From Octopus vulgaris (lineage: Eukaryota), in NCBI GenBank assembly GCA_951406725.2, contig OX597829.1:21762001-21826000 (forward strand): a stretch of DNA of 64,000 bases, in the 5' to 3' direction. The notes under the pieces are model-generated. The model ran no database searches and was not told the origin of the DNA. It worked only from the letters and a program-made list of their open reading frames with translations. Position numbers and translations under genes: made by a program. Positions 54,512 through 64,000 of the stretch are shown here, one piece after another; the first letter of the stretch is position 1; each line of letters opens with the position of its first letter.

Positions 54512-54732
54512 ATGTTATACCAAACATTGATGTGTATCACAATATCTTCACTTACTGCTCTTTCTGCCGCTGCAACAAATAACTCAGTACCAAGGCAAAA
54601 CTTTAAAATTGGTCTTTTGATTCCAAGAACCGGATTTGAATCCTTGTATAGGTATGAAACGAATTTTGGTGCAGCATTAATGGCTATTGAAAATGTTGAA
54701 AGTAAAAAGATTTTACCCGAAAATGCCCTGAA
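54512..54732 (+). CDS. First coding exon of an ANF-receptor-type extracellular-domain protein (receptor guanylyl cyclase / natriuretic-peptide-receptor-like)
   Basis: Signal-peptide-like MLYQTLMCITISSLTALSAAA, then FKIGLLIP...YETNFGAALMAIENV...ILP, the typical N-terminus of this periplasmic-binding-fold domain. Donor AA|GTAAGT at 54733; possible acceptor TTTTTCAG at 54460. No next exon recognised in the window. Confidence 0.72.
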
Positions 54733-55310
54733 GTAAGTAAAATAACATTTTTTAAAAAAATTATTCTGTGTAACAATAATACATAAACTACGCAGAGATA
54801 TTGTACATACTTCTACACACATACACACACACACACACACAGAGACATGTCGTGAACAAGCCAGCCTAAGGCAAAACCTGGGGTAGATTGCCAATTTATG
54901 AAAATAAAAAAAATACTGCATATCAAACATGATTTTTGGAATATATTTTCACACTCATAATTGTTGAAGCATGGGACACACTGCTCATGTCAATTGTTAG
55001 CTGCCAGGTGGACTGCATCCTCCAAAAATTCCATGTGTCCCAAAATTCATCAACAATACTCCTGATCTACCTATCCACCCTTTCAGCTTTATGATTTTTT
55101 CTTTTACTCCTCACTTTTCTTTCTTTCTTTTTTTTGTTGCTTTATTCCATGCACTGTGCATATATTTTTGACTATCATTGCCATATTTTTTTACATGATT
55201 TATATCTTGTTATTGTCCCCTCTTTTTACACTTTTCCATCAAGTTGTCATAGACCCCGAGCAGTGTATATAATAAGCTCATTATCATTGTTGTTGTTGTT
55301 GTTATTGTTG

Positions 55311-55381
<71 letters not shown>

Positions 55382-55390
<9 letters not shown>

Positions 55391-55660
55391 TCTGCTTTAG
55401 CGAAGGCAAAGATATTGTTTTCACTCATGTTTGTTTGTTTGTTTGTCCATGAACAAGATATCTCAAGAACTGCTGAATGGATTCAAATGAAACTTTCAGG
55501 AGGGTTTAACCTTGTGACTGGCATGAACTGATTAGATTTTGGGATCAATCTTATATTAGACAAGGATTCTGGATTATTTTTCCTGTTTTTTTAATTAATT
55601 TTTGAGAGTGGTCAGGTTTATTTTATAGTATTCTTGTTTGTGAAAGCAGTTGTGCATATT
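55382..55660 (+). mobile_element. Helentron/DINE-like non-autonomous element fragment
   Basis: TTATTACCTCTGC...hairpin...TGTTTTC, then (GTTT)n, then GATATCTCAAGAAC...ATGAAACTTT: the usual layout of such elements. Confidence 0.55.
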
Positions 55661-55664
55661 TCAG

Positions 55665-55767
<103 letters not shown>

Positions 55768-55891
55768 TATATATATATACACACACACATATATATGCAC
55801 ACATATATTTATACACACACATACACACACACATGCATATATATAGTTATGTATACATACATATATATAGATAGCTAAGCAGACTGATAGA

Positions 55892-55990
<99 letters not shown>

Positions 55991-56512
55991 ACAGTCAGAT
56001 GGGCAGACAGACAGATAGATAGATGTAGAAAGAAGTACACCAGACTTCCATACAGTTTTTGCCTATTAAATTCACTCACAAGGCTTTAGTCATCCTGGGC
56101 CTATTATAAAAAACACTTACTTGACTTGCTATGCAATGGGGCCGAGCCCAAAACCATGTCTTTGCAAAGAAAGCCTTTTAACCACACAACCATTGTTATC
56201 TGCTCCCCAGATAACAAAAATGCTAAAGAGTTAATGAAAGACCTGTATATTAGCTAAACAGAACAGGAGGATTCACATGGATGGAAGAGTCACGGAAGAG
56301 GTCACAGATGTGCGAGGAAAGATTTCCAGACAATAGACATAAGACAAAATAAAAACAATAATAAACAAGTGAAGAATGAATATACTATAGTGCATGTGTT
56401 TATAGTGTGTGCGAATATGCAAGTGCTCAAAATCAGTACAGTTCTTCCTACATAGCCATATTGTATGTTGATTTAGCAATAATGTCATCCTGTTAGGCGA
56501 TAGCATCTTAAC

Positions 56513-56827
56513 TGGCACTTCATCGGTTACAATGATGAGTGTTTCAGTTGAACCAATCGATAGAACAGCCTGCTCATGAAATTAACGTGCAAGTGGCTGA
56601 GCACTCCTTAAACATATGCATTCTTAAACAAAGTTCTCAGGGAAATTCAGCATGACTCAGAATGTAACAAGGCTGGCCCTTTTGTATGACAAGTATAAGT
56701 CATTTTTGCTGGCAGAGTGGACTGGAGCAATGTGAAATAAAGTGACTTGCTCAAGGACATAATGCAGAACCAGGAATTGAACTTACAACCATATGATTGT
56801 GAACTGTATGCCCTAACCACTAAGCCT
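56513..56827 (-). mobile_element. tRNA-derived SINE sharing its 3' half with the 61467 SINE
   Basis: The reverse complement contains GGGCCAGCCTTGT...GGAGTGCTCAGCCACTTGCACGTTAATTTCA...GTAACCGATGAAGTGC, as in 61680-61845. Confidence 0.75.
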
Positions 56828-57103
56828 CAGACCTTCATTGATAGTACCTTAAATACATTTTGAAACAACTGCTGATCATGTAATTAACTCTTTTGATACG
56901 AACCCATCTAGGATTGCCCCTAGTTCTATTACACAAATTTCCTGTCTCAAAGTAACCCAAATTAAAACCTTCTTCCATCAAATTTGCATGTTAATTTGCT
57001 CCAAATGCCAGTTTAATAATGACAAAAATATTTTATTAAAGATTACGGAGATGTACTTGCATAGCAAGTGACCTGATCTGAGATCATGTGCTGGAACGAA
57101 AAC

Positions 57104-57376
57104 AATTGCAGCATGGAAGGTGTTTATAAGCCATTTAAGAAACACACAAAAACCGTTAGATTTACTTCAACATTTAAATTTAATTTGTCAAAATATTTTT
57201 GTCGCTTTGAGACTGCGACCTGTTCATATCCATGCAGCAATGAATTTTGTCAGTGAACAGGTCACGGTCTCAAAGCGACGAAAATATTTTGACAAATTAA
57301 ATTTAAATGTTGAAGTGAATCTAACGGTTTTTGTGTGTTTCTTAAATGGCTTATAAACACCTTCCACACTGCAATT
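57104..57376. repeat. Palindromic element (~125-bp inverted arms) carrying a hammerhead-like motif; Penelope pseudo-LTR-like
   Basis: AATTGCAGCATGGAAGGTG...GACCTGTTCA / TGAACAGGTC...CACCTTCCACACTGCAATT. A single-arm copy lies at 63412-63550. Confidence 0.9.
57246..57296 (+). ncRNA. Minimal type I hammerhead ribozyme candidate with G3:C8 core variant
   Basis: TTTGTCA-GTGAACA-G-GTCAC-loop-GCGAC-GAAA-ATAT-TT-TGACAAA. Confidence 0.65.
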
Positions 57377-58838
57377 ATTTTATTAAATTTCTTTGGGGGT
57401 CAATGTAGTCAGCTTACCTTGTCCACTAAAATTGCTGGCCTCATGCCAAAATTTGAAACTAATATTATCATTGTTATAAAGTGTTAAACTGGCAGAATCA
57501 TAAGCATGACTTTATTGACCCCTTTCAGGTTGGATAAAATAAGTACCAGTTGAGCACGAGGGTCAACGTTATTGACTTATACCCTTCCCCAGAATTGATA
57601 GCATTGTACCAAAATTTGAAATCAGTATTATATTGCCATGAAGGTGGTGAGCTAGCAGAATCATAGGCACACCAGGTAAATTGCTTAGTGGCAATTTGTC
57701 TGTCTTCATGCTGTGAGTTCACGTTCTGCAGAAGTTGATGTTGCCTTTCATACCTTCAGGGTTGATGAAATAAGTACCAATTGAGCACTTGAGTCGATGC
57801 AATTGACATACCCCATCTCTCAAACTTGTTGATCTTCTGCTGTAATTTGAAACCAATGATATCATTATCATAAGGCAGCAAGCATGCTGGCACAGGTGTT
57901 AACACACTAGACAAAATGCTTAACAGCATTTCATCCATCCATCTTCATGTTCTGAGTTCAAATTCTGCCGAGGTCGACTTTGTCTTTCATCCTTTTTAGG
58001 GGTTGATGAATTAAGTACCAGTTGAACACTGAGGTCAAAGTAATTGACTAGCCCCTCCTCCAAAATTTCAGGCCTTTAGCCTATAGCAGAAAGGAATGAT
58101 ATCCTTCGCATCATCAAGTTTACAGGAGACATACCTATGCATAATAATTTTCTTTTCTACATTTTTTATTGATGTATAGAATGTTTCTCTTCCCGATCTT
58201 TGCTGAGACACGTTGGTCTTGCATATTTGAGTTCTCATAGGTCATCGCAAAATGAGTACTCTACTTCTTGAAGAGATCTCCACAGACCTACAGGATGTTA
58301 TTCCATTCACTTTTTGAACACTTGGTTGATGTATCTTTGGTTCCTCATTTAGATGATGCTGTCTGAGTGATACCATAAAGCACTAAAAGGTTATCTGTAA
58401 TTAAAAGCTTTTTACTCTTTTTTTTCTTCTGAGATAGGATTTATATTAAAAATGTTCATAACATTACTGGTACACAAGCTCAGGAACAGTGGATGCTGGG
58501 AGCAACGAAAACGCTTTGAACATCCTGGTGTGGTACCTGGGTTTCACCTCCGTAGGAAAATTGCCATCACCATCACTATGACCATCACCGTCACTACAAC
58601 CTTCACAGCCATCTTTTTCCTCCTCTTCCTCCCGATGATGATGATGATGATGATGGTAATCACCACCACCACCACCACCACGACTACCACCATCCATCAT
58701 CATCATTGTCATCAGCAGCACCATCATCATCATTGTCATCATCGTTGTCGTCATCGTTGTCATCATCGTCATCAATACCACCACCACCACCATCATCATT
58801 ATCACCACCACCATCATCATCATCATCACTAACATCAT

Positions 58839-58870
<32 letters not shown>

Positions 58871-59006
58871 TCATTACAATCAGCACCACCATCATCATCA
58901 TTATCATCACCGTCGTTGTCATCATAATCATCAATACTACCACCACCACCACCATCCTCATTATCACCATCATCATCGTCATTATCACCACCATCATCAC
59001 CATCGC

Positions 59007-59038
<32 letters not shown>

Positions 59039-59361
59039 ACATCATCATCATTGCCATCTCCATCACTATCGCCATTACCACCATCTTTCTCTTTCTCTTC
59101 CTCCTCCCTACTTGCTGACTTACTTTGGCCAAGTTAATGTCTGCTGAAAATAAGAATTTTGCCTTTATGGTTTTAATTGTTTATTGGTTTATGCACTTAT
59201 GTACTGGTACTGCAAATTCATTGTGAGAGGTTGCCCTATTGTAAGAGAAACCTTACAGTAATTCATGTTCTGAGATGTTTCAATCTACCAAATCTATACG
59301 CTTGAGATTTGGTAGATGAACACTGAAAGAAATCTAGTGTGTGTGTGTGTGCGCATGCGTA

Positions 59362-59401
<40 letters not shown>

Positions 59402-59575
59402 TGTATGTGTGCGCATTTTTATATATATTTGCTTATAATGTATATATGTATATGTATATATATAGTTAATGAAATATATCTTTTGAGAATATAGTGTACT
59501 GGATTTCAGATAAGTGCTCTTGATAAGTGAAATGTCTAAAACCTTACAGGTATTTAGAGATTTAGTTAGAGTGAT

Positions 59576-59856
59576 TATATATTAGAAAGTAAAAGTAGGA
59601 AAAATTACATCATAAAAATCACAGTAGAGACACATCCATAAGATAAATAATATTGTATTAATAAATAAATTTATAAAGTATAGCTATGATCATTTAAAAA
59701 GATTTGAGATATCTTACGATCATTTCATGAATATACTACCTTTCAAAATGAAATCCATAATTGATAACCATTATTAGGAAGTACATCCACTCGTCAGAGA
59801 AAAGGATGAATTTTAGTGTAGTAAATCAAAAGATAGAGATGTTATTTAAAATTGAA
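59576..59856 (-). repeat. Left arm of a ~280-bp inverted repeat (partner 63085-63365)
   Basis: ATTAGAAAGTAAAAG...GTACATCCACTCGTCAG...TATTTAAA is the reverse complement of 63085-63365 with moderate divergence. Confidence 0.9.
59712..59800 (-). ncRNA. Type I hammerhead ribozyme candidate with intact core
   Basis: Minus strand: TCT-CTGACGA-GTGGATGTAC...GTATATTCAT-GAAA-TGATCG-TA-AGA. 10-bp stem II with G-U pairs, GUA cleavage triplet. Confidence 0.65.
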
Positions 59857-60519
59857 TGATAAAGGTGTTGTTTAAAAAGTTATTGGTATAGATGTGTATT
59901 GGTATAAATTCGGGCTAAACATTTTTTGAAAAAATAATATAAATCCATGGTAAAATCCTTTGTAATAATCCTTAATAGCTGTGTGTAGATAGAAGTCACA
60001 TAATTCCTTTTCTCTTCAGTATGTAATCTATGATTTTTATTACCCACAAGGGGTGAATATAGAAGGACAGTACAAAGACATACAAAGTGGGGACACAAAC
60101 GGATGAAAATGATTGAATTAATTAATGGGATGATAAAATGAAATGAAGTTGCTCGCAGGAGTGGCTGTGTGGTAAGTAGCTTGCTTACCAACCACATGGT
60201 TCCGGGTTCAGTCCCACTGCGTGGCACCTTGGGCAAGTGTCTTCTACTATAGCCTCGGGCCGACCAAAGCCTTGTGAGTGGATTTGGTAGATGGAAACTG
60301 AAAGAAGCCCATCGTATATATGTACATATATATGTGTGTGTTTGTGTGTCTGTGTTTGTTCCCCGAACATCGCTTGACAACCGATGTGTGTTTGCATCCC
60401 CGTAACTTAGCAGTTTGGCAAAAGAGACCGATAGAATAAGTCTTGGGGTCAATTTGCTCGACTAAAGGCGGTGCTCCAGCATGGCCGCAGTCAACTGACT
60501 GAAACTAGTAAAAGAGTCC

Positions 60520-62450
60520 CCACATCCAGGCGACTTCATTTATCTTGTTTTATTTATAACTTTTAAAAATCTCTATATTATAATCATTAATAAGAGCTTT
60601 ATGACTCACCACCATTGGCAGATACCTCGTGTTAGTTCTTTTCTGCCAATGCAACACATTGCTTCCATATTCTCTCAGTCCCACTGTATATATTGTGTCC
60701 ACTATTACACACTTATAGTGTGGGGACACCTCTTTACACTCTTCAGTGACTACTTCTATTCGTTTTGTCCAACTGCTCACCTTTTTTAACAATTTGCCAT
60801 TCTATACATTGTAAAGCACTATGCTCTTTTTCCTTCATAGTTGGGGGGAGGGGCTGAGGAATTAGGGGCTCCTGTATGCTTGTGTTCATTTTTATTAATG
60901 TCAGGTGAGGCAGGTCGAGGTTTGGTGTCTGCAAGGGAAGAGTGGGATGAAGTGGGTTCGGGTGGAGGTGAGATGGAGGTCCTTGTTTGTATCTTTTTCC
61001 TCCTCTTTCTGCTCTTCTTCTAATAATTTCCCATTGGTTATGTTTCCTCCTTCTTCCTCTATACTTCTGTAGACCTTTGCCATTGGTGGAAGTGTAGTTT
61101 ATTTTATGGACACTGGTGCTTCTTGAGGCCTTAAAGGTAGTGGAAGACATTCTACCCTTATGTGGCCTTTTTGACCACATTTGTAACAAGGGGTCCTACC
61201 CTCCCCACTAACCCTGAGCATTATATTGTTAATTGTTATGGTTTCTACCATCTTTTTGAGGTCCTCTGGGGCTGCCTGAATCCCCATATTCAGGGTCTGC
61301 CCCTGCCAATTCTTGTGAGCAGTGCTAGTGGCTTGGAGGATAGCTATCTTATTCTCCATGCCCAGCAATATCGCTGCCCCCAGCCAGGCCACATTTATCT
61401 CCGTGGGTATATCTTCTACCCTCACCTGGGAAGCATGCCTTCCAAGGTATATTGGCAGAAAAGAAGGAGGCGCAATGGCCCAGTGGTTAGGGCAGCGGAC
61501 TCGCGGTCGTAGGATCGCGGTTTCGATTCCCAGACCGGGCGTTGTGAGTGTTTATTGAGCGAAAACACCTAAAGCTCCACGAGGCTCCGGCAGGGGATGG
61601 TGGTGATCCCTGCTGTACTCTTTCACCACAACTTTCTCTCACTCTTACTTCCTGTTTCTGTTGTACCTGTATTTCAAAGGGCCAGCCTTGTCACTCTCTG
61701 TGTCACGCTGAATATCCCTGAGAACTACGTTAAGGGTACATGTGTCTGTGGAGTGCTCAGCCACTTACACGTTAATTTCACGAGCAGGCTGTTCCGTTGA
61801 TTTGGATCAACCGGAACCCTCATCGTCGTAACCGATGAAGTGCTTCCATTGGCAGAAGAATTACCTCATCCATTTTCAGTGGGGTTACCGAGTGTTGTCT
61901 GGCTGTAGCTTCATCCAGAACTGCACCTCTACCATTCTGAATTTTCTCCCTCTGGCTGGGTGGGAAATTTCCTACCAGATAGGTTTTAGTACCTTTTCAA
62001 TTTGCCCATTTGTCATTAGTTTTATTCTCTGGGCTTTGACAGAATAAGTTATGTAGGTTGTCATTCTACTCTTGGCCTCCTGCAATACTTCTTGGGGAGG
62101 GGACACCTTTACGTTGTGCCCCTCCCTATGAAGCATATTCTTGTAGTTGTCCAGTTCCTCTATGTTCACTTCTATGTTGTGGCCTTTGGCTACCAACGCA
62201 AACTTCATTCTTCTTTTCTCCTCCTTGTCTATCTCAACAATTGCTTGGAGTAATTCATCCTCAGACGAACTCAACCTTTCATATTCCATCTTTTTTTAAA
62301 GACACTCTGCTACCTCCTTCAACCAAGGAGAAACATGTCAACACAACTGCCATGAGGCAGCAAAAAGAAGTGTCAAATGACACAACAATTAACTATAACA
62401 CAATTAATTAACCTTACTGACCTCGTAATAACACACAAAAACGTTTACTA
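60520..62450 (-). mobile_element. Degraded gag/ORF1-like coding element with CCHC zinc knuckle and no ORF2 in view, split by a SINE
   Basis: ATG at 62289 (MEYERLSSSEDELL...), continuing across the SINE to VRVEDIP...VSGEGRTPCYKCGQKGHIRVEC, then an acidic/Pro-rich region, stop near 60550 and AATAAA. Resembles L1/Tx1 ORF1p. Confidence 0.75.
61467..61847 (+). mobile_element. Young tRNA(Arg-like)-derived SINE with TSD
   Basis: Head GGCGCAATGGCCCAGTGGTTAGGGC...GGTTTCGATTCCC with CpGs retained. ATTGGCAGAA is duplicated on both sides. Confidence 0.88.
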
Positions 62451-63084
62451 CTCTCAGTATGTAATCCATAAGTGTAAAGAATAAAAGTGATTAATTGTTG
62501 CTTTTATAGTTATGTATACAAAACTGGAAGATACCATTATTATATTTTATGCAAATAGGCATAGGAGTGGCTATGTGGTAAGTAGCTTGCTTACCAACCA
62601 CATGGTTCTGGGTTCATTCCCACTGCGTGGCACCTTGAGCAAGTGTCTTCTACTATGGTCTCGGGTCGACCAAAGCCTTGTGAGTGGAATTGGTAGACAA
62701 AAACTGAAACAAGCCCGTCGTATATATGTATATATGTGTGTGTGTATATATATGTTTGTGTGTCTGTGTTTGCCCCCCCCCCAACATCGCTTGACAACCG
62801 ATGCTGGTGTTTTTACGTCCCCGTAACTTAGCGGTTCAGCATAAAGTGACCGATAGAATAAATACTACGCTTACAAAGAATAAGCCCTGGGGTCGATTTG
62901 CTCGACTAAAGGCAGTGCTCCAATATGGCCACAGGCAAATTACTGAAACAAGTAAAAGAGTAAAAGAGAGTAAGAATAAATGCAAATATGGCAAACATGC
63001 ACTGACCTAATACAGAGTAAATTAACGTATAATACTTAAAGTATTATATTTAAAATCATTTAGCTATATATTAGAAGAGTGTAG

Positions 63085-63355
63085 GTTCAAGTTTAAATAG
63101 CATCTCTATAATTCGATTTACTACACTGAAATTCATCCTTTTTTCTGATGAGTGGATGTACTTCCTAATAATGGTTATCAATTATGGATTTCATTTTGAA
63201 AGGTTATACATTCATGAAGCAATCGTAAGATATCTCACATCTTTTTAAATGATCATAGTTATACTTTATATATATTTATTTATTAATACAATATGGTTTA
63301 TATTATGGACGTATTTCTACTGTGATTTTTATCATGTAATTTTTCCTGCTTTTAC

Positions 63356-63365
<10 letters not shown>
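63085..63365 (+). repeat. Right arm of the inverted repeat; contains hammerhead-like motif 63142-63230
   Basis: CTGATGA-GTGGATGTA...TACATTCAT-GAAG-CAATCG-TA-AGA; GAAA is mutated to GAAG in this copy. Confidence 0.88.
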
Positions 63366-63413
<48 letters not shown>

Positions 63414-63494
63414 CAATTGCAGCGTGGAAGGTGTTTGTAAGCCATTTAAGAAACACACAAAAGCCGTTCGATTCACTTCAACATTTAAGTTTAA

Positions 63495-63544
63495 TTTGTC
63501 AAAATATTTTCGTCGCTAAAATCCGTGACCTGTTCACTGACAAA
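63495..63544 (-). ncRNA. Second copy of the G3:C8 hammerhead candidate
   Basis: Minus strand TTTGTCA-GTGAACA-G-GTCAC-GGATTTTA-GCGAC-GAAA-ATAT-TT-TGACAAA: core and stems identical to 57246-57296, loop II different. Confidence 0.65.
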
Positions 63545-63567
63545 AATCCGTGCTGCATATATACTGC

Positions 63568-63599
<32 letters not shown>

Positions 63600-64000
63600 G
63601 TATATGTATATATTTGTATATACATATACATATTTATATACATACATGTGTGTGTGTTTGTGTATGTATATACTCTTTACTCTTTTACTTGTTTCAGTCA
63701 TGTGACTGTGGCCATGCTTGAGCACCATCTTTAGTCGAGCAAATTGACCCCAGGACTTCTTTGTAAGCCTATATTGGACTCTTTTACCGAACCATTAAGT
63801 TATGGGGATGTAAACACACCAGCATTGGTTGTCAAGCAATGTTGGGGGTACAAACACAGACACACAAACACACACGCACACATAGATATATATATATATA
63901 TATATACATATATACGACAGGCTTCTTTCAGTTTCTGTCTACAAAATCTACTCACAAGACACTTGCCCAAGGTGCCATGCAATGGGACTGAACCCGGCAA

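Noticed and set aside
58140-58400. Possible second exon of the receptor gene or a minus-strand terminal exon
   Set aside because: Frames checked are interrupted by stops and show no ANF-receptor similarity.
61469-61541. tRNA-Arg gene
   Set aside because: Acceptor stem does not close; it is the head of a TSD-flanked SINE.

Overview
Eukaryotic, AT-rich, microsatellite- and SINE-dense genomic DNA. The repeat families look like those of a coleoid cephalopod (Octopus); this is inferred from recalled repeat types, not checked. Host genes: (1) a complete + strand three-exon C2H2 zinc-finger gene (CDS 12256-12383, 16408-17213, 21973-22967; 642 aa, all splice phases consistent); (2) the first coding exon (54512-54732) of a signal-peptide, ANF-receptor-type extracellular-domain gene, probably a receptor guanylyl cyclase. 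The rest is mobile DNA: decayed RTE, Tx1/L1 and CR1-group LINEs, a gag/ORF1-only element, at least three tRNA-derived SINE families, Helitrons, and Tc1/mariner, piggyBac and hAT MITEs, plus a tRNA-Ser pseudogene. The most notable non-obvious signal is a set of about 8 minimal hammerhead-ribozyme-like motifs in several unrelated short repeats. They resemble Penelope-like pseudo-LTRs and often sit in outward-facing inverted pairs. One family carries an apparent compensatory G3:C8 swap of the catalytic core. All alignments and folds were done by eye; coordinates of repeats are approximate.
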